NCBI GenBank assembly: GCA_041739995.1
Contig: JBGSMV010000072.1
Location: 1-34,598, forward strand
Direction of reading: 5' to 3'
DNA length: 34,598 bases
From: Bdellovibrionota bacterium
GTDB lineage: Bacteria > Bdellovibrionota_C > UBA2361 > JBGSMV01
Under the pieces are notes generated by a model that saw only the letters and a program-made list of their open reading frames with translations, searched no databases and was not told where the DNA came from. Each line of letters begins with the position of its first letter. The stretch's first letter is position 1. Shown in pieces: positions 10,770 to 21,904 of the stretch. The position numbers and the translations under genes were made by a program.

Positions 10770-11306
10770 ATGGGAGACCCGACGAAATCAGTGAAGGGAG
10801 CATCGGGTGGCTCGCCTGTTGAACATGAAGTTCGTCAAGAGGTCCGGGCCTCTGATGTCGAAGCGGTAAGATCGATTGTTCGTGCGACCGGATTCTTTAG
10901 CGATGACGAGGTGTCCATTGCCGCCGAGCTTGTTGAAGAGCGGCTACGAGATGGATTGGCAAGCGGCTACGAGTTTTTATTTGCCGATAGAGACGGGAAG
11001 GTTCAAGGGTACTCCTGCTTTGGAGAGGTTCCAGGAACGAGCGGTAGTTACGACCTGTATTGGATTGCAGTGGGCCCAAGCTGTCAGGGGGCAGGCCTAG
11101 GAACTTACCTAATGCAATGCACCGAAGCCATTTTGTGCGAGCGTGGAGCAAGAAGAGTCTTCGCTGAGACTTCAGGTCGTGCGCAGTATGCCCCGACGCG
11201 CAAGTTTTATCTTCGCTGCGGCTATGCGCTTGAAGCAACGCTCGCGGATTTTTATGCGTCTGGTGACGACAAGCTTATTTTTGGCAAAGAGCTTCAAGCC
11301 ATTTAG
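10770..11306 (+). CDS. GNAT family N-acetyltransferase
   Basis: LYWIAVGPSCQGAGLG (acetyl-CoA motif A) and TRKFYLRCGY. Confidence 0.9.
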   Translation: MGDPTKSVKGASGGSPVEHEVRQEVRASDVEAVRSIVRATGFFSDDEVSIAAELVEERLRDGLASGYEFLFADRDGKVQGYSCFGEVPGTSGSYDLYWIAVGPSCQGAGLGTYLMQCTEAILCERGARRVFAETSGRAQYAPTRKFYLRCGYALEATLADFYASGDDKLIFGKELQAI

Positions 11307-11345
11307 TGCCACCCGCTTCGCCTTTCGAGCAGCGGATAGCTTGGT

Positions 11346-12365
11346 TTAAACCTGCCGCTTTAGTGCGGTTTCCACCAAGAGTCTCAAGAGTTTGCGGTAG
11401 TCCATTCGAGCAGCCCTTGCCGCCAAAGGAAGGTACGACGTCGTGGAGTGTTCGGGAGGAATGAGTCCTGCCGGAGAGTTCGCCTCTAGCACGTAGGGCG
11501 TTTCTTTCTCATCACAGCGAATATCGATTCGACACCAGTCACGAATGCCAAGTGCTCCCCATGTGGCAAGACAGAGATTTCGAACCTTCTTCTCTAGAGC
11601 GACGCTCATCTTCGCCGGACAGCGTAAATGGTGCCCGTCTCCTTCCTCCTCAAAAAACCATTTTACTTCGAGAGAGTCTATGCGCTCCATGTCTGGCGGA
11701 AGCAAATCGTGTCGTGCTTCGATGATCGGAAAAATTCTTGGAGGATTTCCCACCATCCCAATAGAGAATTCTCGTCCGGTCAGCAGAGGCTCGATCAACG
11801 AATCTTGACCGAAGGACTTTTTTACCCAACGCACTTGTCTTCTCAATTCACGCTCTGAGCGCACGACACTCTGGTTCGTTATTCCCGCACTTGAACCTTG
11901 CGATTTTGGTTTTACGATCATTGGAAATTTGAGAGCGCGAACGATCGGTTCCTTGTCACTGCGGATAACCTGGAAGGGTAAAGTGGAAACTCCGTTGGCG
12001 ATTAGTACTTCTTTGGTCTTTGCCTTATCGAGAATGAGAGCTGCGGCTAGTGGGGGACAACCCAGATAAGGAATTTGCAGCATCTCTAACATAGCGGGGA
12101 GATGGCATTCGCGATCGAGTCCGTAAATTCCTTCTGAATAGTTAAAAGCCAGATCTATTTTGTTCTTATTCTTGAGGAGTTTCCCGTAGGCTTTTTCGTT
12201 CGCCTCGATGGGGATAACGTCATACCCACAGCCTCTTAGGTGGCTGGTCAGTGTTCGAATGACCGCGGGATCGTCAAAATCAGTTTCAAGTTGCGTGCGC
12301 GGATCATGTGGGTCTGGATATTGATGGCGAACGTTGTAGAGAAAAGCGATTCGTGTGCGGGCCAT
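11346..12365 (-). CDS. second D-Ala-D-Ala ligase-like ATP-grasp protein
   Basis: AFNYSEG, LEMLQIPY, DKAKTK, IVKPKSQGSSAG, GREFSIG, WCRIDIR and LEANSPAG. Convergent with the kamA-like operon. Confidence 0.88.
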   Translation of the reverse strand: MARTRIAFLYNVRHQYPDPHDPRTQLETDFDDPAVIRTLTSHLRGCGYDVIPIEANEKAYGKLLKNKNKIDLAFNYSEGIYGLDRECHLPAMLEMLQIPYLGCPPLAAALILDKAKTKEVLIANGVSTLPFQVIRSDKEPIVRALKFPMIVKPKSQGSSAGITNQSVVRSERELRRQVRWVKKSFGQDSLIEPLLTGREFSIGMVGNPPRIFPIIEARHDLLPPDMERIDSLEVKWFFEEEGDGHHLRCPAKMSVALEKKVRNLCLATWGALGIRDWCRIDIRCDEKETPYVLEANSPAGLIPPEHSTTSYLPLAARAARMDYRKLLRLLVETALKRQV

Positions 12366-12771
12366 GTCATTCCGGGAAACGAGTGTTAGTGGGAAGTTCT
12401 AACGCAAGGGTAGCGCAGTGCAAGGGGGGAGGGCGACCATAGAAGGTGAGGAGGCTTCCAATGCTATTTTATAAGGGTGTTTCCTGGGATTTGGCATAGT
12501 TAGAACAGGAGTATTGATAGCTTCAAATAGGTTCACAGCCCGGCTCGCAAGGTCATTGAGCGGTCTGTTTTTTAAGGCGGGAGGCACGGAGGGCGCGGAG
12601 AGGACATTCTCTGGCCCACTTGGACTGAGTCTGAAGGGAGGGCTATCAGGCTGGAAACGGCCATATTCCCCTTAAAGTTCTCTCCAAAATATCATCTTCA
12701 AAGACCGCTTAAGCGCATGTTAGGGTGCTGCCGTCCTCTTGGTTATGCCCTAGGAATGATAAAGGGCGATA

Positions 12772-13515
12772 ATGGAGTCTGTCATGCGCATTCTTTCTTC
12801 GTTCGTAGCCTCTATGCTTGCGGTAGTAAGCCTCACTCTGGTTGATTTGAAGGTGGCAGAGGCTCAGACCTGCAATGCGGGCTGTGTCAAGGGCAAGCGT
12901 GGAAGTCTCGTCGTCCGGCCCAAAGGCGTGGTAGGAATTAAATCTTCGGGACAATTCGTCGAACGGTCGAACGCTCGATCGTTTCGTAGAGCTTCGGATG
13001 CCCGAGCCAATGGCTATACGGACTATGTCCCCCCGACGCCGACCGCAACTCCGGCGCCGACCACAACGCCAGCGCTTCCTAGTTATCAGGGACGATACAC
13101 GACAACCAATGATGCGCTGCTAGAGATGGCGGCCAGTGTGGCGACTTGTAACCCCACGGTGTTTCCTCAAGCGACTTCTGTGGCAATGGACTTGATCGTT
13201 TTCCATGAAGATGACGGCACTATCGTGAGAGCGGAAGAGCCAAGTACCTATCCCACACCCTCGGGCACTCCGACCCCGACTCCTCCTGGAGCGCGCTACT
13301 GGGGAGGAATCTTCGAAGGTGGCTTCTTGGTTGAGGATACCTTCGCGACCAGCGACGCTTGTGGCAATCCTGTCCGTAACCGAACTTTTGCGTTCGGCGA
13401 TGTGACCGAGACGACTGCTTCGGTATCGCGTACCGATCGCTTGGTCTGCCAAGGGAGTGTCCCAGTAATCGACTGTCAGCAGGTCTGGATTGGGAACGTA
13501 AATCGAGCCAACTAG
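12772..13515 (+). CDS. secreted hypothetical protein with Pro/Thr-rich linkers
   Basis: Signal-peptide-like N-terminus (...VAEA/Q), PTPTATP and PTPSGTPTPTP tracts, and several Cys. Confidence 0.7.
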   Translation: MESVMRILSSFVASMLAVVSLTLVDLKVAEAQTCNAGCVKGKRGSLVVRPKGVVGIKSSGQFVERSNARSFRRASDARANGYTDYVPPTPTATPAPTTTPALPSYQGRYTTTNDALLEMAASVATCNPTVFPQATSVAMDLIVFHEDDGTIVRAEEPSTYPTPSGTPTPTPPGARYWGGIFEGGFLVEDTFATSDACGNPVRNRTFAFGDVTETTASVSRTDRLVCQGSVPVIDCQQVWIGNVNRAN

Positions 13516-13585
13516 AAAGGAGCTCGGCGTCGTGATGATTCTGCAGCTTGGAAGGGGCTGCGGATCAACTCGTCTGCTCGGCCTT

Positions 13586-15478
13586 TCAGTCGAGAACGAG
13601 CCCCATGAGCACCAGACATTCTCTGATATCGAATCCGAGCAGTCCGCTGGCGTCGCCAAGTGCGCCGGCATTTATTGTAAACTTCTTCCACAAAGCTTCT
13701 TTACGGAAGCTCGGAACTGACTCATAAGCAGCCAAGGCAGACCGAGCATCGGCAATTTTTGAATTAGTCGAAGCGTGTTTTTCCACGATACCAAGCTTTC
13801 GTTCATAGGCTTGAGGGGTATTCCCTGCAGAGTTGCTTCCCCATGCTTCACCGAACATGCGCTTGACTTCATGCACTCCCGCCCTAATGGCACGGCTTCC
13901 GAACAACATCAGCAGAGCGAGATCGTCGTCCTCACATAGAGTAATAACTGCGGCGCGTGTCACTGGCGATAGGCGGTCAATAACCTCTAGGCTTTTAGAC
14001 GTCGCAAGTGCATGCGGCCATTCGGAGTTTACCGCTGCGAATCCCATAAGCTCGAGCAGGGCATCGGAGCTCAGCAAATTAGCAAATGGACTGGCGGATT
14101 CCGGATCCATCGCAAGGAGAAACGAATAGCTTTTTCGTTTTTCTACGGCGTGAGCCACTCCTCGAGCGAGAGTGTCGCGGGTTTTCCCAAGCGCTATGAA
14201 TTTTGGATCTTCAAGGACGCTTTCATCCTCGCCAAACGCGGACTCCGCCGAATCAAGTGCTTCGCTCAATGCCACCACGAGTGGCGCGCAGTCCTGGGTG
14301 GACACCATATCGCCAAAGAACAGTTCGAGGTCCTCTGGATTCGAAGACAGCTTTTGCAGCGCCTGAGTGAAATCTCCAAGATTGAGTTGTAGGGTCAATA
14401 CGGGATCGAGTTTCTGCTTGTCGGCAGGAGAAGCTTTGCCTAGTTTTGCAAGGCGCTCCGGCAACGCTTCGCTCTCGGAACGTAGAGTCTTGTTATCAGC
14501 AAGGAGGCTGTCTCTAGGCGCGCCTGCCACATCGCGCTTCGCGAGCTGTTCACTCATCTCTCGACAGAGAGTCGCTAGGCGAGCCACTTCTGCTTCGGAG
14601 GCCATAACTTTCTCATTCGCAAGGGCAAGTTGTTTTGAAGTTGCTTTCTCGGCGCTGAGCGCGCTGGTGAGTTCGCGCTGATGGCGCTCTTCGATTGTTC
14701 CTTCCCGCTCTAAAGACGCTTGGACGCTCTGTTCTAGGGCCAGGATCTTTTTCCCCTGACCTCTGGAGGTAATTTGGAGCTCATCCAGTCGAGTATTGCG
14801 AGCTTTGATTTTTTCTCTCACTTCTACCCAGGTGCTTTCAATATTGCTGAGGCCATCTGAGAGGCCCTTCACGCGCTGTTCCATCGACTCAGACTTTGAC
14901 GCACGCTTTCCTTTCACATGAACCGCAGCGAGTTGTGACCCTACAAACCTTTCAACCACCTCAAGCAAGGGGAGTAGTTGGTCAAAATCTGCTGCCCGCT
15001 CAGCAAGTGGGGTGATTGTGTCAACGTCGATGCGGGTGAGTGTCCTCTCGGCATTTCGAGCTCGTTCACTTTGTCTTTGAACTTCTTTTCTAAGCTCGCC
15101 AATCGTTTCGGTTCCGTATTCAGCTTCTCTTTGGCGCAAGGCTCTCTCTAGCTCGATCCTCCCTAAAGCTTCTTTGGCTTCTGCTTCGAGCCGGCTCACA
15201 CGTTGTGCAAGCGCTTGCACCTCCTTGAGGAGGCGTTGTTCCTCAGGGGTATGCTCTGAATTGTTGGTCTTTCGTTTTGAGAGAGTTCCATTGCTACTAG
15301 GGTGTCCATTGTCGGACTTAGTAGTAGCTTCGGAAGCGAGGCTTGTTAGGCGAGGGGGAAGCTCTAAAGAGTCGAGCGTCCCCGCATCGGACTGAGCGGG
15401 CGGTGTGCCTCCTGACTGAGCGTGCGACTCCGACGGGGGCTTACTCGGATCCGGATTTCGAGCGGCGGTATCAGGCAT
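13586..15478 (-). CDS. hypothetical long coiled-coil protein
   Basis: 630-aa ORF with a disordered N-terminus, an extended heptad-like E/L/R/A-rich region and a helical C-terminus. No motif recognised. Confidence 0.7.
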   Translation of the reverse strand: MPDTAARNPDPSKPPSESHAQSGGTPPAQSDAGTLDSLELPPRLTSLASEATTKSDNGHPSSNGTLSKRKTNNSEHTPEEQRLLKEVQALAQRVSRLEAEAKEALGRIELERALRQREAEYGTETIGELRKEVQRQSERARNAERTLTRIDVDTITPLAERAADFDQLLPLLEVVERFVGSQLAAVHVKGKRASKSESMEQRVKGLSDGLSNIESTWVEVREKIKARNTRLDELQITSRGQGKKILALEQSVQASLEREGTIEERHQRELTSALSAEKATSKQLALANEKVMASEAEVARLATLCREMSEQLAKRDVAGAPRDSLLADNKTLRSESEALPERLAKLGKASPADKQKLDPVLTLQLNLGDFTQALQKLSSNPEDLELFFGDMVSTQDCAPLVVALSEALDSAESAFGEDESVLEDPKFIALGKTRDTLARGVAHAVEKRKSYSFLLAMDPESASPFANLLSSDALLELMGFAAVNSEWPHALATSKSLEVIDRLSPVTRAAVITLCEDDDLALLMLFGSRAIRAGVHEVKRMFGEAWGSNSAGNTPQAYERKLGIVEKHASTNSKIADARSALAAYESVPSFRKEALWKKFTINAGALGDASGLLGFDIRECLVLMGLVLD

Positions 15479-15588
15479 GGTGCTAACTCGTTACTGCTCA
15501 GCTTGCAGTTGCGAGATGGTACTACGGGAAAGAGCCTTAACCTACTGTGGCGACGAGATTTTTCCGTAGTTTCCTCGCTAACATAGCA

Positions 15589-15813
15589 CTAACTATCCGA
15601 ATGTTCAGTCGGCTTGCAAGCGGTTGGAGACGACGAGGGTGCGGGATTGGACCCGGTCTCTGAACTTGGACGGCAGGAGTCGTCGAGAAGTGCCCTTAAT
15701 GGCGGAGTCTTTAGGTCTTTAAACTGCCCATTACGCACGGCCCACAGATAAGCCGCGGCGCCGACTGCGCCGAGTAGAACCGAGAGTGGTAACAGTACGA
15801 ATATAATATTCAT
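15589..15813 (-). CDS. ccoS: cbb3-type oxidase maturation protein CcoS/FixS
   Basis: One TM segment followed by WAVRNGQFKDL..P..R.LLDD. Lies directly after ccoI. Confidence 0.9.
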   Translation of the reverse strand: MNIIFVLLPLSVLLGAVGAAAYLWAVRNGQFKDLKTPPLRALLDDSCRPSSETGSNPAPSSSPTACKPTEHSDS

Positions 15814-15824
15814 TTGGGCTTTGT

Positions 15825-18287
15825 TTAATCTGGTTTGGCCGGAAACGTTTCTCGAAAATGAGAATTTGCTAAAACAGTCAGTGAACTGATTGGCATCAAG
15901 AGTGCCGCTAACAGGGGATCAATTTTTCCTGCGATGGCAAGAGCAGCGCCGACTACATTGTATATGAGAGAGATCGCCAGATTCTCCCGTACTACACGCA
16001 CCACCCGTTTGGACCCACGCAGTAGCGCTTCAACACCTTCGATCCCACTGTCTACTAACGCCACATCGCTACTTTCGAGGCAGCGGAGCGCGTCGCCACG
16101 TACCGCCACTCCCACATCTGCCGCACCCAGCGCGGCGGCATCATTGATCCCATCTCCCACCATCATGGCGCCACTACCGGCTTCTCGAACAATCTTCAGC
16201 TTCCCTTCCGGCGACGCTTCAGCGATGATCGACGTTTTTGAAAAGCCGAGTTCAGTACCAATCGAAGTAACAGTGGCAATGCTATCACCGGAGAGGAGCG
16301 TTAGCTCATATCCACTGTCGCGTAGCGACTGAAGGGTGGTGCGTGTGCTCAGCGGAATTGTGTCAGAGAGTTCGAATTCTGCGGCGAGTTTTTGGTCAAT
16401 GGAAAGAAAAACGCGCGAGTAAGAATTGTTCAAGGTTGGTTCGGTCGGAGCGAGAAGCGCAAAGCGCTCATTTCCCAAGCGCCACTCGTGCCCTTCGTCA
16501 TCGCTGAAGCGTACTCCCGCGCCTGCTATTACCTGAGTTTGAGAGTCTGGCACCTCTTCGGCGATAGGCTGGCGTTGTCTCGCTAAGTGACTCCGAATTG
16601 CGCTTGATGCCGGATGTGACGCGCCTGCCACAGACAGTCGCCACGCAATATTTGGTGCGGTGGAGCTAAACTCAGGGCTAAACTGTGCTTGAGCAACGGA
16701 GAGCTGTCCGGAAGTCACCGTGCCTGTTTTGTCAAAAAAGATGCGCCGAATTCGCGCAGATCTCTCGATCACTTCCGCCCGTCGAATGAGTATTCCGGCA
16801 GCAGCAGCGCGTCGCACCCCTGAAGCGAGTGCCAGAGGAGTGGCAAGCGCCAAGGCGCAAGGACAGCAAATTACCAAGAGCGACACAACCGCATCCAGCG
16901 TTGCTTGAACGCCGTAGGGTATCCAAATAAGCAGAGTGGCCACTGCTGCGCAAAGAACTGCTGCAACAAACCACCCCAAAATTTTGTCCGCGCTCTCTAC
17001 CAGCGGAGTTCTTTGCATGGCTCCGTCGTTAAGGAGTTTTAAGAGCTTGTTGAGGCGCGTGTCCTCGGCGTTGCCTGATGGCCGCACTGAAACTTCGCGC
17101 TCCAAGTTAAGGTACCCGGCATACACCGCATCAGATTGGCGCAGTGCCTGAGGCAGGGATTCTCCAGTCATGACCGCAGTATTGAACGAAGACTCCCCAG
17201 CTTCGAGAATGCCGTCAATCGGGACTCTCGCCCCAACTGGGACGAGCACTGTATCCGAAGCTCGAATGTCCCATTGCGGCACGTTTATCAGCGTACCTTC
17301 TCTGCGCACTTTGGCCGACATCGGTAAGAGCTCAAGCTCATCGAGAAGCGAGCGTCGTGCGCGACTCAAAGCCTTGTGTTGGAAGAAGCGACCCAAGAGT
17401 AGCAAGAACACCAGAGCGCACACCGAGTCGAAGTACACACGCTCGGCACCAATAAAAGTATTCCACAAACTGTAACTAAGAATAGTGATGATGCCGATCG
17501 CGATCGGCACATCCATGTGCAGACGTTTGGTTCGAATCGAGGTGGCTAAACTCTGAAAGAACGGCCTGCCGGCATACAGCACTACCGGGAAAGAAATCAG
17601 CAAAGAGACCCAGTGCAGAAAGTTCCGAATCTCTTGGTCAATGCCGGTGAAGTATCCCTGATAGAGGGACGCAGCTATCACCATTGTGTTTCCAAAGCCA
17701 AATGCGGCAACGCCGATGCGGAGCAAAAACTCTTTGTCTTCTTGTTGTTCTCTCTCGATACGGTCTGCACTGGTGCAGGGGCGCGCTGCGTAGCCAAGTT
17801 GCGAAAGAAGTAGTGCGAGCTGTGAAAGCTTGACCGAGTTCGGGTCGAATTCTACTAAGAGCACGCCGTCTGAGAATGAAAGCTCGACGTTTCGTATGCC
17901 GTTGAGCAGATGAGGAAGTTGATCCAGTACCCAGACGCAACCGACGCAGTGTATGCCGTGCAGCAGCAGTCTCACCCTGGAGACTTCCTCGGAAACCTGC
18001 TCAACATGTTTCGATGAGAAAGCTTCCGTATCAAAGAGTGACGCGTCTATCGCCTGCTCAGTGACCTTTACTCCTTGAATGCGAGATTCAGAGCGTAGCG
18101 AATAAAAGCTTCCCAGGCCCAAAGTGTGGAGTGTTTGATAGGTGGTGGCGCAGCCAGGGCAACAAAAACGGGATGATTCGTATTGAACCGAAGAGAGTAG
18201 GGGGCCACCGCAGTGCTCACATGCACCTAGTCCCGCGGTGCTCGGTGCAGGCGAGGCGATAAAGTTTTCAGCAGCGGATAGATTCAT
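15825..18287 (-). CDS. ccoI: P1B-type copper ATPase CcoI/FixI
   Basis: N-terminal CEHCG...FCCPGC, HMA CVGC, TGES, CPC, DKTGT and MVGDGINDA. Start taken as ATG 18287 (the ORF extends to TTG 18374). Confidence 0.9.
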   Translation of the reverse strand: MNLSAAENFIASPAPSTAGLGACEHCGGPLLSSVQYESSRFCCPGCATTYQTLHTLGLGSFYSLRSESRIQGVKVTEQAIDASLFDTEAFSSKHVEQVSEEVSRVRLLLHGIHCVGCVWVLDQLPHLLNGIRNVELSFSDGVLLVEFDPNSVKLSQLALLLSQLGYAARPCTSADRIEREQQEDKEFLLRIGVAAFGFGNTMVIAASLYQGYFTGIDQEIRNFLHWVSLLISFPVVLYAGRPFFQSLATSIRTKRLHMDVPIAIGIITILSYSLWNTFIGAERVYFDSVCALVFLLLLGRFFQHKALSRARRSLLDELELLPMSAKVRREGTLINVPQWDIRASDTVLVPVGARVPIDGILEAGESSFNTAVMTGESLPQALRQSDAVYAGYLNLEREVSVRPSGNAEDTRLNKLLKLLNDGAMQRTPLVESADKILGWFVAAVLCAAVATLLIWIPYGVQATLDAVVSLLVICCPCALALATPLALASGVRRAAAAGILIRRAEVIERSARIRRIFFDKTGTVTSGQLSVAQAQFSPEFSSTAPNIAWRLSVAGASHPASSAIRSHLARQRQPIAEEVPDSQTQVIAGAGVRFSDDEGHEWRLGNERFALLAPTEPTLNNSYSRVFLSIDQKLAAEFELSDTIPLSTRTTLQSLRDSGYELTLLSGDSIATVTSIGTELGFSKTSIIAEASPEGKLKIVREAGSGAMMVGDGINDAAALGAADVGVAVRGDALRCLESSDVALVDSGIEGVEALLRGSKRVVRVVRENLAISLIYNVVGAALAIAGKIDPLLAALLMPISSLTVLANSHFRETFPAKPD

Positions 18288-18554
18288 GGAAACTCTAAGC
18301 GACACGTTGCGCAAGACCATTCGTAGTGCGCCTTGCAAGCCAGAGAGAAGTTTGTAACTTCTCTCTCGATCCAAACCCCTTATCTTAAATGGAGCCCAAT
18401 TTTACTATAGGGGCGATCAAGCTTGCGCGCGAACTACCTTCACCAAACGGGTGACATGAGTGATACTCAAAACAGTAGTGGGTGCGCAAACTTGCCCCCT
18501 CTATTTTAACTCCACTGCTCTTTTTAGGTTTATCAAGGCAGGATAGCGCTCATT

Positions 18555-19292
18555 ATGTCCTTCATGGCAGTGCTCATCGCAAGTCTTCTGGGAAGTGGCC
18601 ACTGCGCGGGCATGTGTGGCGGCGTAGTGCTTGCCTACTCAGGATTGACGCGCAGGCCTCACTTGGCTCACGTGTCTTACCATTTCGGGCGCCTGACTAC
18701 CTACGCTTTGCTTGGACTGCTGGGAGGTTTAGTGGGGGAGAGGGCTAACCTTCTTATTCAACCAGCGGGCATTCAATCCATTGCAGCCCTCGTCATGGGA
18801 ATAGCACTCATCCTGTGGGGCAGTGTGATGTTGTTCAGCCCGGCCAGTTTTCTGCTGCACGGAGTGCGTGCCCTTGCGCTTAAACTTGGCAGCGTACTTG
18901 GGGGCCCGCTGCGCTGGTGTATGCGCGGCAAAGGGCAGCATTGTTCGGTGGAACTACGCGCTCTGCTGCTAGGATTGTGCACTGCTTTTCTACCATGTGG
19001 CTGGCTCTATAGCTTTGTGGCGGTTGCGGTGGCGAGTGCCGATCCGCTTTGGGGGGTGGGGATCATGACGGCATTTTGGTTAGGAACTTTGCCGATTTTG
19101 ACTTCTCTAGGGCTATTGGCGCAGTTCGCCACGGCGAAATTTCGCGCGTTACTCCCGAGGATTTCGGCGGCTCTTATGCTCTTAGCGGGAGTTGCTGCTC
19201 TGCTGGGCCATGTCTATAGCTTCCCGTTTTCTGCGCACTCACACGCCCGGTTACAAGAAAATGGCGCGGGCCAGGTACTGTGCATTCCTTAA
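18555..19292 (+). CDS. sulfite exporter TauE/SafE (DsbD_2-like) membrane protein, cbb3 accessory
   Basis: GSGHCAGMCG, YHFGRLTTY, LPCGWLY and FWLGTLP motifs in a multi-TM protein. This family is common in cco clusters. Confidence 0.85.
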   Translation: MSFMAVLIASLLGSGHCAGMCGGVVLAYSGLTRRPHLAHVSYHFGRLTTYALLGLLGGLVGERANLLIQPAGIQSIAALVMGIALILWGSVMLFSPASFLLHGVRALALKLGSVLGGPLRWCMRGKGQHCSVELRALLLGLCTAFLPCGWLYSFVAVAVASADPLWGVGIMTAFWLGTLPILTSLGLLAQFATAKFRALLPRISAALMLLAGVAALLGHVYSFPFSAHSHARLQENGAGQVLCIP

Positions 19293-19479
19293 GCCGATTA
19301 CCTCACCTCGAGCCCTGAATTCAGTTAAATTCCAGAAATAAACAGGATTCACCCCTTCCTCCCCGCCGCGGCGCCCTGCTATAAAACATAATGAAATCGA
19401 TTAGTTAACTTGAGCGCCGCATTCAAGATTGATTTGGTCAGTTTTGGGCGGAGCGTGTGTCTGCGCGAAGGATTTTGTG

Positions 19480-21690
19480 ATGAGTACAAGCGTTGAGACC
19501 ATTCGGTACGACGATCGCATTGTCAGGCTTTTCGTTCTTGCGACCCTGATTTGGGGGGCGGTGGGGATGTTGGTCGGGGTGATAATCGCCGCGCAGCTCG
19601 CCTATTGGCCACTGAATGGAGGCGTCTCCTTTCTTTCCTTTGGCCGCCTGCGTCCCATTCACACCAATGCGGTGATCTTTGCCTTTGCGGGGAACGCAAT
19701 TTTTGCTGCCGTTTACTATTCAACGCAGCGCCTGATGCGCGCGCGCATGTTCTCCGATTTGCTAAGTAAGATTCATTTCTGGGGCTGGCAAGCGATCATT
19801 GTCTCGGCCGCAGTGACTCTCGCCGCGGGCATCACCGTGTCGAAAGAGTACGCCGAACTTGAGTGGCCAATCGACATCGCAATCGCGGTCGTGTGGGTAG
19901 TATTTGGCGCAAATCTTTTTGGCACGATTCTGCAGCGCCGAGAGAAGCACATTTACGTGTCAATTTGGTTCTATATTGCCACTGTCATCACAGTCGCCAT
20001 GCTTCACATTGTTAATTCTCTGGCGTTGCCGGTATCGCTCTTTAAGAGCTACCCCGTGTTTGCGGGCATCCAAGATGCCCTGGTTCAATGGTGGTATGGC
20101 CACAATGCGGTAGCGTTCTTTCTCACCACGCCGTTCTTGGGCCTGATGTACTACTTTATGCCGAAGGCCGCGGGTCGACCGGTATATTCCTATCGACTTT
20201 CAATCATTCATTTTTGGTCGCTTATATTTATTTATATTTGGGCCGGCCCCCATCACTTACTTAACACCTCGTTGCCCGAGTGGGCACAAACTGCGGGAGC
20301 GGTGTTTTCTATAATGCTGATTGCTCCGTCTTGGGGTGGCATGATCAATGGCCTTCTCACTCTACGTGGCGCTTGGGACAAGCTGCGAGAAGATCCGATT
20401 CTCAAGTTCTTCGTTGCCGGAATCACTTTCTACGGCATGTCTACCTTCGAAGGGCCTATGATGTCGCTGCGCAGTGTCAATGCGCTGTCACACTACACCG
20501 ACTGGACTATCGGACATGTGCACGGCGGAGCGCTGGGTTGGAACGGATTTTTGGCCTTTGGCATGATCTATTGGCTCATCCCGCATCTCTGGAAAGTTCC
20601 GGTGTGGAGCAAGAAGCTCATGATGGCGCACTTCTGGCTCGCCACTATTGGAATCGTGCTCTACATGACCTCGATGTGGACCGCGGGCATTACTCAAGGG
20701 TTGATGTGGCGGGCGTTTAATGAAGACGGGATGCTGCGCTACCCAGAATTCATCGAGACCGTTACCCAGCTTATTTCATTCTACTGGATTCGCCTGCTGG
20801 GTGGACTCATGTACATCTCTGGACTCTTCTTGATGCTGTACAACCTCAAGCAAACCGTAGCGGCATCCCGGCGAGCCGATGCAGATCTTTCCGATGTTCC
20901 GGTACAAGTGCCCGCTCGAATTCAGCACACCAAGAATCCAAGCGCATCAGCCGCTGCTGAGGGTGGGTGGCTTCGACGAATGCACCACAACCTTGAAGGT
21001 CGGCCCGTACTGTTTGCGGTGCTCACGTTGTTTGCTGTTCTGATCGGCGGCGCGGTGGAAATTATTCCACTGGTGGCGGTGCAGAGTAATGTCCCGTCCA
21101 TCGCCTCGGTTCGACCGTACACACCGCTAGAGCTCGAGGGACGAGATATTTATGTCCGGGAGGGCTGTTATACCTGCCACTCGCAGATGGTACGCCCGTT
21201 TCGGGACGAACTGGTTCGTTATGGTGAGTACTCCAAGCCGGGAGAATTCGTTTACGATCGGCCCTTCCAGTTTGGTTCTAAGCGCACGGGCCCTGACTTG
21301 CATCGTGTTGGGAAAAAGTACCCAGACCTCTGGCATTGGCGGCATATGCTTGACCCACGCTCGACGAGCCCAGGTTCTATAATGCCGGCCTACCCCTGGC
21401 TCTATTCTGATGATCTTAGTGTCTCTTTGACCGAGGCCAAGCTCGCTGCCATGAAGACTTTGGGGGTTCCCTACAGTGAACAGGAAGTTCGAGATGCGGT
21501 TGCGACGTTGAGGCTCCAGGCTTCCCAAATTGCAAATGGTCTCGTGGCTCAAGGTATGGCAGATGCGCAAGGGAGTGAGAGTAAGGAGATTATTGCGATG
21601 ATTGCTTACTTGCAGCGCCTTGGAACCGACATAAAAGCAGTGGCGCCAGTTGTTGCAGACATTTCTGCCGAGGACGGAAGCAATGGGTAG
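19480..21690 (+). CDS. ccoN: cbb3-type cytochrome c oxidase fused subunits I+II (CcoNO)
   Basis: CcoN motifs [36 protein letters not shown] and WTIGHVH, then in-frame CcoO motifs [13 protein letters not shown] and [12 protein letters not shown] 19480 follows AAGGA. Confidence 0.96.
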   Translation: MSTSVETIRYDDRIVRLFVLATLIWGAVGMLVGVIIAAQLAYWPLNGGVSFLSFGRLRPIHTNAVIFAFAGNAIFAAVYYSTQRLMRARMFSDLLSKIHFWGWQAIIVSAAVTLAAGITVSKEYAELEWPIDIAIAVVWVVFGANLFGTILQRREKHIYVSIWFYIATVITVAMLHIVNSLALPVSLFKSYPVFAGIQDALVQWWYGHNAVAFFLTTPFLGLMYYFMPKAAGRPVYSYRLSIIHFWSLIFIYIWAGPHHLLNTSLPEWAQTAGAVFSIMLIAPSWGGMINGLLTLRGAWDKLREDPILKFFVAGITFYGMSTFEGPMMSLRSVNALSHYTDWTIGHVHGGALGWNGFLAFGMIYWLIPHLWKVPVWSKKLMMAHFWLATIGIVLYMTSMWTAGITQGLMWRAFNEDGMLRYPEFIETVTQLISFYWIRLLGGLMYISGLFLMLYNLKQTVAASRRADADLSDVPVQVPARIQHTKNPSASAAAEGGWLRRMHHNLEGRPVLFAVLTLFAVLIGGAVEIIPLVAVQSNVPSIASVRPYTPLELEGRDIYVREGCYTCHSQMVRPFRDELVRYGEYSKPGEFVYDRPFQFGSKRTGPDLHRVGKKYPDLWHWRHMLDPRSTSPGSIMPAYPWLYSDDLSVSLTEAKLAAMKTLGVPYSEQEVRDAVATLRLQASQIANGLVAQGMADAQGSESKEIIAMIAYLQRLGTDIKAVAPVVADISAEDGSNG

Positions 21691-21850
21691 ACTTCTTGAA
21701 GGACTGGTGGACACTTCGGCCGCAGGCGTGCTGCTGGTGCTGTTTATCGTTTTATTTGCGCTGATCTTGATGTGGGTTTATCGCCCATTTGGACGGGCGG
21801 GGTACGAGGAGGCCTCGCGTGTGCCGCTCAAGGATGATCCAATCAAGTAG
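21683..21850 (+). CDS. ccoQ: cbb3-type oxidase subunit CcoQ
   Basis: 55 aa, one TM, C-terminal [12 protein letters not shown] overlaps the end of ccoNO. Confidence 0.85.
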   Translation: MGRLLEGLVDTSAAGVLLVLFIVLFALILMWVYRPFGRAGYEEASRVPLKDDPIK

Positions 21851-21904
21851 TTTGACCGGAACGGAAAAATGTAGCGCCTTTGTGCGAGCGAAGTTGGTGA
21901 GGAT

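Noticed and set aside
18290..19480. FNR boxes upstream of the cco genes
   Set aside because: Only half-sites were found (ATCAA near 18416 and 18532, TTGAT at 19429); no TTGAT-N4-ATCAA.
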